Shown here: positions 12,276 to 26,099 of the stretch, one piece after another | Layout of the letters: every line of letters starts with the position of its first letter | Numbering within the stretch: the first letter of the stretch is position 1 | NCBI RefSeq assembly: GCF_000143415.4 | Contig: NW_003314262.1 | Location: forward strand, 3,916,021 to 3,980,020 | DNA: 64,000 nucleotides | Source of the DNA: Selaginella moellendorffii | Lineage: Eukaryota > Plantae > Lycopodiophyta | Direction: 5' to 3' | Program-made: the position numbers and the translations under genes | Notes under the pieces: model-generated | Databases searched by the model: none | The model's input: the letters and a program-made list of their open reading frames with translations, nothing else | Told to the model about the DNA's origin: nothing

Positions 12276-13986
12276 CTTATAAATAATTCACACAAATCTA
12301 CTAAATCTAATACAATGATTCTTTAAACTTCTTATAATCCCTTGGGCTTGATTCAGTTGTTTATATAATCTTTAAGTTTGAGGAGTCTAATTCAAACAAA
12401 TATAATGTTTAGGTGACCAATCCCTTATATAGATAATTGCAAGTTTATTTTGGTCATCTTATAGATTTTTCATTATTATTTAATAAGCACCTTTTTTTTC
12501 TGAAATCTCATATGAATCAATATTCATGATATAAGCTGTTGTTGTTATAATGAGTGCAATATTTGTTTTTTATTTGATTTTACAAGACAAAGTTCCTCTC
12601 TATACAGATGTGTTGGTTTAAAACTGGCCCAGCGTTTGAACTCTGGGGTGTCAGTCTCAGTCCTGACAATCCCTTGAATCAAGAGAGAAGCAAAGGAAGC
12701 TGTCAAGAAGATTTTTCTTGATACAGCATTGAGAAAAACTCTGGATGCAGCAAAGTAGCCAGTGTGGAAGATATTTGGAGCATACTAAATAGCGCACAGG
12801 TTTATGATAAGTCGAGGTACCTCACATGGAAAGAGCCTGGGCATGTCATGCATGTTAAAAGAGCTAAGAAGCTTTGCCCAGTTCCAAGAGCCCTCTACTT
12901 AGGCCTTCTCACAGAAAGATGGCAAACAGTCCTATTGAGGAGGCTTTCATCTAGTGCAAGATGAAAGAAGCACAAGAAAAATTGTGGAAGTGGAAATTAA
13001 AAGATGAACAGCAGTTCTTTTGTGTAAAATGTTTTTTTCTATATTACTAACAATGCAGTGACACTTTGGAAGTCATGGCCTTGTGTCGCTTGCAACTCTT
13101 TGATGGTGATGTAAAATCAAAGGCATTTCAAGAGATGATGGCCAAGTGAGCAAGCTTGCTAAAAAAAACTTTAGTGTAAGCTGGACAACTTTATCGAGTG
13201 AAAGTGTGAACCTTTAGTGTACTTTTGATCTCGCTAATATTAACTTATTTCATGTGTGTGATGTTTTGTTTTTAGTCTTAAAAACGGAAACAAAATTAGA
13301 ATATTCTAAAGAAAATCTGGAAGGTGCTAAAATTGGTAACAATCACTGCTGAAGGATTCTGAAGTTAGTATGTTCTGTTGGTATTTTCTAAAGCCTCCAC
13401 TGATCATGTTGGTATTATAACTCATAGTGTCTGGAAGTGGGACAAGCAGCTACTTTTGTCTGGCAAGGAACAGAACGGAGATTGTGGTTCTAGACGAAGA
13501 GACTACCTCAATCGATGGTTTGGTGCCACAGAGAGAATCACAAGAAAATATAAGCGAGCATTCAAGGCAGTACTGTGACTCACAAGCTCTTTAACATCTT
13601 GCGAACACAGACTGCGTTTTGGTTCTTCAAGACTGTACGAGTTTTCCATGATTTTCTCTTTTGTTTCTCTCAACTCGTTTCTTTTTCTTTCTCGTGATAT
13701 ACAGGAGAGATAGTCAAGTAGACACTCTCAAGTAACCTTCCTTGGCATTCGCCATTTTTTTTGCAAGTCCATCAAGACCTCCAGCATGATTAGATCTTGC
13801 TTATTAAACATGTCATACATAACTATGTACAGACAATTGTTTCAGAAAAAAACAACACCCCCCTGTGCCAATGGTGAAATGAAACGAAAGTTCAAAAATA
13901 TCACACCTTGAGAACTTTTACCTTTGGCCACTTTCACCGCACAAGATGCGACACATACAGTGGACACGAGCCGAGACCTCGATTTT

Positions 13987-14040
13987 GCCACGTATGGAAA
14001 GTCAATTTTGCCACGTTATACAATCCCCACTCCATATAAA
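13987..14040 (+). promoter_or_regulatory. ELIP promoter: two ABRE/G-box-like GCCACGT motifs and a TATA box
   Basis: GCCACGT at 13987 and 14010, TATAAA at 14035. The equivalent ACGTGGC (45916-45922) and TATA are kept upstream of the second ELIP. Confidence 0.6.
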
Positions 14041-14131
14041 TACCTGTGTGTCATTTGCCATCAAACATCAAAGAGAGTAGCTCATTGTTGCACTGTTGAA
14101 TTTTTTGCTAGCTAGCTCCCAGCTTAAAACA

Positions 14132-14891
14132 ATGGCACTCGTCACAGGCAGCGGTATCACAGCTCTCTCTTCTTCCTCGCTCATCTCCAATAAGATCCAT
14201 GTCCAATCACAATCGCCCACAAGCTCCATCGGGACAAGAAATCTAGTAGTAGTAAGAGCGTCCTCGAACAAATCAAGGGATGGTGGCGATGGCGGCATCA
14301 GTGGCGTTCTCGACGGCACCAAGAAGGAGATCACCCGCGAGGAGGTGCTCAAGAACCAGGCCGAGAACGAGTCGGAGAAGCGCTCCGTGTTTGGAGCCGT
14401 CCCATCGTCCGGATCCTTCTATCCCAGGCCAGAGGTCGAGAGGCGACCAGAGACTGGCGATCGATCGTTCCCCAGCTTGATGGCGTTCGATGGAGCCGGC
14501 CCGGAAACGATCAACGGAAGACTGGTAAGCGATTGGTGATTTTTCTTCGTGTTTTTTTCTAGATCAACCAAGTAACTAACGTGAACTTGTCAAACAGGCA
14601 ATGGTTGGGTTGGTGTGGGCATTCGCAGTGGAGCGAATGACGGGACAAACGGTGGCGGAGCAGCTCTACTCGCCGGGGAGCACTGGTCTTTTCCATTTTC
14701 TGGCGGTGGCACAGCTATTCGCGTACGCGTCGCTGGTACCCATGTTTAAGGGCGAGAGCCCGGACAGCAGATCGCTTGGGCCATTTAGAGCCATGGCGGA
14801 GCGCTGGAATGGGCGAACCGCGATGCTTGGCTTCCTCGCCTTGGTGATCACCGAGTTTTTCACCAAGACTCCAGTGTTTCACATGATGTAA
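14132..14891 (+). CDS. ELIP: Early light-induced protein (ELIP), 2 exons 14132-14524 and 14598-14891, 228 aa
   Basis: Ser-rich transit peptide. LHC motifs FDGAGPETINGRL|AMVG and AERWNGRTAMLG. GT-AG intron rejoins in frame. Confidence 0.93.
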
Positions 14892-15099
14892 ATTTAATGG
14901 TTCCTAGTCTAGATTTTCACTTCACTACACTTACTACATCCAAGTTATGCTTCTTTACAAAGATTGCTGCGTGAGAACGATGCTCTTTCGAATCGAAATT
15001 GACAAAGATTCTTGTGGCTTCATCACCTCAAGCTCCAACGGAGATTCCCGCCCGCAAGAACCCTAAAAACTTGATGGAGCCACACAAGGCAGCGTCATG

Positions 15100-16068
15100 G
15101 CGATAGAGCCCTCGTGAGCGAAGAGTGAGCTTCTTTTCGAGATCCAAAGGCACGGCAGCGCTTTCAAAAGAACTACGCGGGCATGGCTCCTCACGGCTTT
15201 GCTCTCTAACTTACTCACGCGATTCTCTCCAAAGCCCGGAGAGCTCATCGACGGAGAACCACGGAAGTACAAAGCCAAAGCCACCTCCGCTCGCTGTGAG
15301 CAGGAGCTTAACTACGTGATCAAATGCTACACTTGCGATTTCAAGCTAGACAAGAGTCTTCCCAGCGCTGTTCTTGTGGTGGTGCAAGGCGGGCGGGACG
15401 AAACCAAGCGGCCGGACTGCATGTACCAGGCACTGAGACAGGCGGGCATGGGGGCAGCGATCAGGAACTCGTCGGCAAACAGGCTCCACTGCCTGGTGCT
15501 CGGCAATGGCTGGTGGGGCTGTGCAGAGTTCCATCCTCTCGGCTACGTGATGGTCGAGCCTGGCAAGCCCGGAAACGAGATCTCGAGCAGCAGCTTCAAG
15601 GAATTCAGACGTCAGCTTAAATCCAAAGGGACGATCAAAAGCGGTAGCGCCAAGCTCCTCTCGGAGAGCTTCCAGCGCCATCCAGACAAGAAGAGCTTGT
15701 TGGTGGAGCCGGAGGAACGAGTGAGGCTGCGAACCGAGGAGGCGCCCAGGGCACTCAACGCCAGGCTCGTTTTCGACAAGATTGTGCACAACGAGGATAT
15801 CGAACGCAGCTTCTCGCCTGTGACTGAGAAGATAAGACTGCTGCTTATAGGAGCGATTGTTTGTGACAGCACGGTCTACGAGAGCAGCATTCTGAGCTTC
15901 CAGGTGGCGCGCAAGGTAAGCGCCAATGACAAGCTTCTTGTTTCGGGTCTCCTCCGGATGTTTTTTGGCAACCGGGTGCTGCACTGGACGCTCCCTGGGA
16001 TCCAAACACTGGTTGCCACACGCGACAAACAGCTGGAAGAGAGAGTGGATGCTGTGCTAATGCCATAG
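15100..16068 (+). pseudogene. Lineage-specific protein, putative REase-like fold, copy 1 (5' deletion and frameshift)
   Basis: Highly similar to 28918-30021 in inverted orientation. A deletion after ALVSEE places a TGA in frame upstream, and no ATG opens the long frame. Confidence 0.6.
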
Positions 16069-16180
16069 CCTTTGTTACTTTTCGTGCTGCCGATAATCGA
16101 TAGCCATGAACAATTGAACAACCATCACGACTGATGGTCGACGTTTGAGATCTTTAGAACTCATCGACTCTAGCTTAGAA

Positions 16181-18121
16181 CTAAGAGACGATCATGTTGG
16201 CTGCAAGGACATAACCAGCAGCTCCTCTCGGATCCTTGTCAATGACATTCTTGGCAACGAAATTCCCAAACTCAACGGAGGATCTGTAGCTCCTACATGC
16301 CCCCAAGAGGCACTTCCAGTCCACAGTCTCGGGCTCGAAGGGCATGGTTTTGAGCAGCTCCTGGGCAGAATGCAAATGCCCGGCTCTCCCCAAGACATCG
16401 ACCATGCACCGAAAGTGGAGCTTCACGGGCTGTACATGGAAGTCCATCTCTATCGACACGAAGCAAGATCTTGCCGCGTAGACGCTGCCAACGTGGCTGC
16501 ATGCCACGAGCGCACAGCCAAAGCATCCATCCACGGACACGTCCATGGCGTTCATGGAGTGGAAAACGTATAGTGCCTCGTCGGACCTGCCGTTGTGTGC
16601 GTAAGCTACAAGCAGTGTGGTCCATGCAACCACATCCCTTTCGGGCATACGCAAGAACAAGGACCCACAAGGACCAAAATGCCCATTAAGGGCAAATGCG
16701 GTCATAAAAGCAGTCCACGACACCAAATCATGATTAGTACCAGATTCAAACAGATATTTGGCGTCTTCAACGCAGCCATTTTCTGCAAACGCGCTGATCA
16801 TTGCCGTTTTTATTTCAGTGCTCTCAATATGTACAGCTCTGTAAAGTTGTTTTGCCTCGTCTAGGTGCCCCATTCGGGCGTATGCAGAAATTAATGCGCA
16901 TAATGGTACAGTGTTTTGCTCCGGCATAGTCTCAAAACAGATTCTCGCTTCCTCTAATTGGCCCCTGCAAGCAAGAAACGATACCACAATATTCCAGGAT
17001 ACCATATTTTTCTCGAACGCAGAATTAAAAAGGTCCAAGACTCGCTCAAAATCCCCATTCGTGGCATAAGTAGTTAAAAGTATGTTCCACGTTACAATAT
17101 CTTTTTCAAAAATATAATCGATCATGATTTCTAATATCTGCACTCTATTGGCTTTCGCCAAGGCTGCTAGCACGGCATTGCACGCCAAAGTGTTCCAATA
17201 CGGCATGCAATACAGCAATCGTAAGGATTCTTCCAAATACCCATACTGGGCAGCTGCGACAACTATGGTTGTCCACGACACTATATCTCTCCATGGCATC
17301 CTATTAAATATTTTTTTTGCCTGATCTACATGACCATTGTTACTATACGCAGCCAAGTAAGCATTCCATGCCACGAGGTCGTGCTTCGGCATCTGTAGAA
17401 AAATACTTTGAGCATATTCTGGGTATCCGGCGTCGGCATATCCTCTGACCATGGAAGTCCACGCTGCTAGATTCCCCTCCGGCATGTCCTCAAACACCAG
17501 CTTGGCGGCATCTAATTTACCGCAATCTAAGTAGAGACCCAGCATTGTGTTCCAAGAAACTAGATTTCTCTGGGGCATATTCTCCCATACCTTTTGGGCA
17601 TCATTTGGCATAGCCATTACGGAAAGTAGACTATTCCACGAGCAAAGATCTCGCTGGGGCATTTCATGAAAGAATCTCTCGGCCTGGTTTACGAGCCCGA
17701 GCGTGGCATAGGCCGCAAGCAAAGTATTGAAGCATACAAGATCTCGTTCGGGCATCATGTCAAAGATATGCTCTGCTAGAGAGAGCGAGCCGGCTCGAGC
17801 GTACGCTGCGATCATCGCAGTCCACGGCACAAGATTGTGCAAAGGCATAAGATGAAGCAGTTGTCGGGCACTATCAATATACCCAGCTTGGGCATAAGCA
17901 GAGATAATGGTGGACCATGAAATGAGATTCGGCCGAGGTATGCTCTCAAAGATTTGATGGGCTAAATCTAGCAATCTGCATCGTGAATAAGCCGCGAGCA
18001 TTGCATTACAGCATGCAGTATCTAGCTGAGGCATTCTTTCGAAAACATGTTTCGCTTCCAGCAAGTGCCCTTTCCTGGCATAATCACAGATCGTAACCGT
18101 GCTCGATGATATAGAGGCCAT
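16181..18121 (-). CDS. PLS-class PPR protein (mostly 31-aa S/SS repeats) with E domain, 646 aa
   Basis: Repeated FE.MP.rdlvsWN.ml..Ya..G motifs; C-terminal HFRCMVDVLGRAG...WKCLLGAC...GYVLAAN. Confidence 0.92.
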   Translation of the reverse strand: MASISSSTVTICDYARKGHLLEAKHVFERMPQLDTACCNAMLAAYSRCRLLDLAHQIFESIPRPNLISWSTIISAYAQAGYIDSARQLLHLMPLHNLVPWTAMIAAYARAGSLSLAEHIFDMMPERDLVCFNTLLAAYATLGLVNQAERFFHEMPQRDLCSWNSLLSVMAMPNDAQKVWENMPQRNLVSWNTMLGLYLDCGKLDAAKLVFEDMPEGNLAAWTSMVRGYADAGYPEYAQSIFLQMPKHDLVAWNAYLAAYSNNGHVDQAKKIFNRMPWRDIVSWTTIVVAAAQYGYLEESLRLLYCMPYWNTLACNAVLAALAKANRVQILEIMIDYIFEKDIVTWNILLTTYATNGDFERVLDLFNSAFEKNMVSWNIVVSFLACRGQLEEARICFETMPEQNTVPLCALISAYARMGHLDEAKQLYRAVHIESTEIKTAMISAFAENGCVEDAKYLFESGTNHDLVSWTAFMTAFALNGHFGPCGSLFLRMPERDVVAWTTLLVAYAHNGRSDEALYVFHSMNAMDVSVDGCFGCALVACSHVGSVYAARSCFVSIEMDFHVQPVKLHFRCMVDVLGRAGHLHSAQELLKTMPFEPETVDWKCLLGACRSYRSSVEFGNFVAKNVIDKDPRGAAGYVLAANMIVS

Positions 18122-18261
18122 TTTATCGCATTGCTTTTGCTGCGTAAGAATTTAGCCTTGTGTGCGAGGTATGTAACTCTCCATTGAAGTGGAAAATGGC
18201 TGTTTCACATAGTAAGTTGTTATTACGGTTTAAGCATAATGAATCATTCTTGTACACATAT

Positions 18262-21267
<3,006 letters not shown>

Positions 21268-21995
21268 ATCCCAACCCGTGCTTGTGGGCTAGTCAAATAT
21301 TTATATTTCAAATGGTAAGAATATACCCTCGTTTGCGGTAAGCCAGTTCTTCTCCCTTACTCATCCGACACTCTTCCATTCTCAACACTTCTGGAGTCAA
21401 CTCTTCATCAAGACGAGAATGCTTGCGATTCTTTTCGCTTTCCCAGTCCTTCCTCAAGTATAGAACTCTCATCCTTTTCGAGGGCCTCCTCGCCCCCTTC
21501 ACTGCTCGAGGCTCGTTCGCTGCTCCAGATCTTGAAAACTTCTGCTGCTACTCCAAATGCAAACCGATCAATCCCCACCAGAAACTCTGGAACCCCGAAA
21601 AGCTGTTCTAAGCTCTGTTTTCCTCTGACATGCCTGTTGGAGCTGATCTTGAACGATTATGTGAGAAGTGGACGGGCTGATCCACGAGCAGTAACCTCAA
21701 CTATGCATGTCTTAGCTCCGCATCAAATGCTTAAGTAACCATCGTTGTAATCAAAGCCCTTCAGGCAGACTGTATAGATGCTCATGATCATCCATTGAAA
21801 GTACTCATCTGTTCTTCTCGCTCGCCAAGGCCGAAGTCGCGAGCAAGAAGCGGAGCTTTTCTTTTTCTGACGGATTTATACACACTACAGTGACAGAACT
21901 TTCAGGCATTTGGACGACACTCCTGTACCAAATAAAGTATACAAATACTTCCACTTTGCTACAAAGCTAGCAATCTTAATGTACAAACAAAACGC

Positions 21996-23391
21996 TCATA
22001 TACTAAGGCACTCCTCCAGCTTTCTCATCTTGTGAAACTCCATAGCCATGAACACGTCCACACCGCCATCTCCTTTGCAGCTGGACAGCACCAGCACGTA
22101 CTCGGGCCTGTCGTTGACCGGGGCCGCGATGTACGTCGGCCGCCCCCATCCAAAGTCAACGCCATCAAAAGGCAGCTTTGACCAGGGCGTGATGATCATG
22201 CCGCCGGGCAGGTCAATGATCCCGTGCCCGTTGACCTCGCACCAGTCGATCTCCGACCGGATGTACTCCTCGTTCACGCTCGCGATTGCATCCCGGACCT
22301 TGCGCACACACAGCGACAGCGAGCCATTGACTACCGAGTCAACGGTCGTGTCAACGCATGGCGCCGCCACCACCGCGTTGCCCGTGAAGCCGTCGGGTAG
22401 CGCCGGGCTCTTGAGCTTGTCCCGGAGGTTCATCGCCACGAAGAGCTTGGCCATGGCGGATGGGTCCATCCCAAGAGCGGTGGTGCGTGCCTTCCAGACG
22501 TGGCCTGTGAGGGCCTCAAAGGTGGAGCAGCGGGAGACCTCTCCTCCCTCAATAGCTCTCTTTTTGAGAAGATCGAGCTGCGCGAGAGAGAAGGAGAACG
22601 TCTTGAAGGCGTGCACTGGGGGCTTGGAGACGTCGTACGAGGCCGGGTTGAAGAGCAGCCTCGCGGGAATGTCCGGGAGTCTCATGAGCTCCGGGTGGGC
22701 GTAGGAGATACTCGGTGGCGATCGCGAGCGGAGGGTCGTCCTGTCGGGAGTCATGGTTGCCTTGGCCGCGATGGACTCGCCGCGAGAGATCCTGCCGATG
22801 TCACTGAAGAACTGGCATCCCGAAATCCCATCAAACACGACATGGCTAGTGTAAATCCCGACAATGAATCCCCCACATTTGAATCTCGTCACCTTCAAGA
22901 ACACAAAGAAGAGCGATGAGAACAAAGAAAGATCGGTGGAGTGAAAAAGAGAAGAAGTTCTGGCTTACCTGGATGGAAAACAAGGGGATATCTTCGATCT
23001 TCTTGACATCAACCGGGTAAACGAGCAGCTTCCGGAAGTCTGGATTGGGAATTCGCAGATCGCCCAGCTCGGCGATGGTGGAATCGCAGTAGGCACCGGC
23101 AAAGTGCGCCCCGGCTCCATTGCACTCCACCTCAAGCCTCTTCTCTTGCTCGTTCACTCTGAATCTCCCCGCCGCGAAGTAGTATGGAACGAGAGCTTCG
23201 GCGAGAGCGTTGCGTACGTTGTCCACCACGTCTCCCGTGTCCGGGGACTGGACATCGTACATGAAAAGCATCTCGACGTGGAAGAAGACTTGCTGGTCCA
23301 TGTTGCTAAGAAAGATGGTCTGGTTCTTGGTGGGACGCGCCGGTTTGATGGTCATTGGCTTCTCGGCGTAGACGGTCAAGCGCGAGGCCAT
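21996..23391 (-). CDS. BAHD acyltransferase (HCT/ASFT-like), exons 23391-22969 and 22892-21996, 439 aa
   Basis: HVVFDG (HXXXD) and DFGWG motifs; conserved intron at IQ|VTRFKCGG. Confidence 0.94.
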
Positions 23392-24022
23392 CTTTGCTAG
23401 ATTTTCACGAATTAGTGAACACAAATATCAAAGCTTTCACTCGTGAAATCACATACCACGATCAAGAAAGAGCTTGTTCTAGCTTTTCCCGGATGAAGTG
23501 AAGCGAGTTTCCTGAGATGAGAGTGCTGCTGCTGCTGCTGCGGATAACATTTAAATCGAGAGCTCGGCCTGCTAAAAGTTGGTGGCTGTGCATAGAAAGT
23601 CGCAAGTCAAATGTGTGCTGGACCAAAAAAGCATCCGTTGACGAAACGCACTTTACCTCTTAGACGTAATCATGAGAAGTTCAGTTTACTGCACCACTTC
23701 TGGGCGACCAAAATGACCGATCTACCGCATAGATCTGCCGACAAGCTTGAGAAACGCTGCTAGAAAGTCAAGAAATCTTACCGCGTTATCCTATTGAGAA
23801 ATCTAGCAACTGAAGTTAGTGGGCTGCGAGAGCGGAAAGTCAAAGGTTTGCTGCACCAAGAATCCAGCAATATCCAAAACATCTTAATACCTTCTTCCAG
23901 AAGTCCACGAAGGTGTACTGATGCTTATCTTCCTGTAGAATTGGATGTTACAGTGAAATCACGAAACAATGGAAGCTTACCTTTTCTAGCTCCTCCAAAG
24001 TTGAAAGCTTGCCGCCAGGAAA

Positions 24023-26056
24023 TTAGCAGACAAGAATTTGATCCTTCGCTGCGGAATAGATGTTTGACAGCATGATATATGGCGACGAGTCCTCCGGCTC
24101 ACATTCGATCACACTGCAAGCAACTCTCTCGGCTTGCTTCAAGCTCCCCGCGACTAAACACCCAGCGAGCACCGTCTTCCACGAGCAGCTGTCCGGCACA
24201 AACGGCATATCACCCACAAGCTCCCGTGCTTGGTCCATGAGGCCGGAACGCGCTAGCATGTCCGCCATGCAAACGTAGTGATCTCTGGTATACGCCACCC
24301 CAAAGTCCGTCGCCACCGAGAAGAACCACTGCCTCGCGTTGCTCAAGTCCCCCGCGTGAGCACTCGCAGAGAGAATGTTCACGAACGTAACGTCGTTTGG
24401 ATGCACGCCTTCCAAGCACATCCGGAAGAAGAGCTCCATGGCCGCGTCGAAGAGTCCATTGTGGGCGTAGATCCCAATCGTCGCGCTCCACAGCACGACG
24501 TTCTTCTCGCGAGTCGCATCGAAGATCTCGCGCGCGGTGGCGAGGCGAGCAGATCGGCCATGCATGCTCACAAGTGCGGTGGCGACTGAGCTATCGCTGC
24601 GACAGCCCGAGCTGGATATCAAATCCTGGAGCAACCTTGCCTCGGATGGAGCGAAGTGAGATGCTAAGACGCCGATAAACGTAGCTCTGTCCGCCTCAAA
24701 TCCTTCAAGATCCATCTTTGCTAGAAGATCGATAGCTCGCAAGCTTTCTCCATTTGCTGCGTGAGCTGAGATCATGGCGTTCCAGCTAGCCGTGTCCCGG
24801 ACGGGAATTCGATCGAAGATCTCTCGTGCTTCCCGGATAAGTCCCTTCTGCGCGAACTCCGTGAGCATGAGCGTCCAGGACACGACGTCTGATCCAGGCA
24901 TGAGATCGAACAAACCCCTCGCAAGATCAAAGTGACCGTTTTGAGTGTATGCTGTGATCATCGCGTTCCAGGCCACCTGGTTCTTCTCTTTGATCCTGTC
25001 GAAAGCGTCGCGAGCGAGTAGAGCTCGGTGGCATTTGCCATACATGCTGATCAGCGCTGTTCCGATGCAAACATCTGTTTCCAGGCCAAACGCAGCGATC
25101 TCAGCGTGGATGGCTTCGCCCAGTCTCAGTTTTTCGAGTACTCCACAAGCATAGAGAGCAGTGATGAAGATTGCTCTATCTGCAGTATCGCCACCGTCGA
25201 GATCCATAACTTGGAGCAACCAGAGAGCGGTCTTTGCACGGCCGCAGTGGAGGTTCGCAGCGATGGCGATGTTCCAGGACACCAAACTTCGCTCCGGCAT
25301 TCGCTGGAACAAAGCATTTGCGGCGTCGAGATCTCCGTTCCGAGCAAATGCTGATAGAAGACTGTTCCACGCGATGGCGTCTGGACTGCTGATCCGATCA
25401 AACACCGCGATGGCTTTCTCGACGCTCCCCAGTCTGTCATACATTTTGATCAGAGAAGTCTGGATCTGGAGATCGAAATGGAAACCATGCTGCGAGATTT
25501 TGGAGTGAAGGAGCTCACCTTCATCAGAAAATCGTGATGGATCCATCTCGCTGCGGTCAAATGCGTCGAGAAGAGCCACGAAAGTCAGTCTGTTTGGATA
25601 GATTCCCTGCCGCTCCATCGCGTCCAAAAGCCCGAGCATCCGATCGATGTCGCCGGCCCGAGCAAAAGCTGCGACTATCACATTCCAGGAGACCTGATCA
25701 CGCTCGGGCATTTTCTGGAACAAAATCTCCGCTCGTTGCAAATGCCCGTCTTGGGCAAATACCGTGATTAAAATGTTCCACGAGAAGACATTCCGCCTGG
25801 AAATCCTGGAGAAGGCAGCGTATGCTTCATCCGTGCTACCGCAGCTCCCATACATCTGGACGAGGAGATTCCCAAGAAACGTGTCTTGGTCTTGCCCGGT
25901 GTCGCGCAGAAATCCATGGAGCTTCCTGCCTTCGAGGAGATTCTTGGCGCTGCCCCATTGCCGGAGAAGAGCCGCGCACTCCCCCACGGAGAGAGCTGCC
26001 CTAGAAGAGGAAGAGGAAGAGTCCGCCAAGCCTCGTAATACCATAGAAGAGAGCAT
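24023..26056 (-). CDS. PLS-class PPR protein with E domain
   Basis: P-L-S repeats; ends HYVCMADMLARSG...WKTVLAGC...PYIMLSNIY. First ATG is at 26056. Confidence 0.92.
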   Translation of the reverse strand: MLSSMVLRGLADSSSSSSRAALSVGECAALLRQWGSAKNLLEGRKLHGFLRDTGQDQDTFLGNLLVQMYGSCGSTDEAYAAFSRISRRNVFSWNILITVFAQDGHLQRAEILFQKMPERDQVSWNVIVAAFARAGDIDRMLGLLDAMERQGIYPNRLTFVALLDAFDRSEMDPSRFSDEGELLHSKISQHGFHFDLQIQTSLIKMYDRLGSVEKAIAVFDRISSPDAIAWNSLLSAFARNGDLDAANALFQRMPERSLVSWNIAIAANLHCGRAKTALWLLQVMDLDGGDTADRAIFITALYACGVLEKLRLGEAIHAEIAAFGLETDVCIGTALISMYGKCHRALLARDAFDRIKEKNQVAWNAMITAYTQNGHFDLARGLFDLMPGSDVVSWTLMLTEFAQKGLIREAREIFDRIPVRDTASWNAMISAHAANGESLRAIDLLAKMDLEGFEADRATFIGVLASHFAPSEARLLQDLISSSGCRSDSSVATALVSMHGRSARLATAREIFDATREKNVVLWSATIGIYAHNGLFDAAMELFFRMCLEGVHPNDVTFVNILSASAHAGDLSNARQWFFSVATDFGVAYTRDHYVCMADMLARSGLMDQARELVGDMPFVPDSCSWKTVLAGCLVAGSLKQAERVACSVIECEPEDSSPYIMLSNIYSAAKDQILVC

Positions 26057-26099
26057 TGTCCTCCATTGCGAATGTATTGGACAATACAAAAACTAAAAT

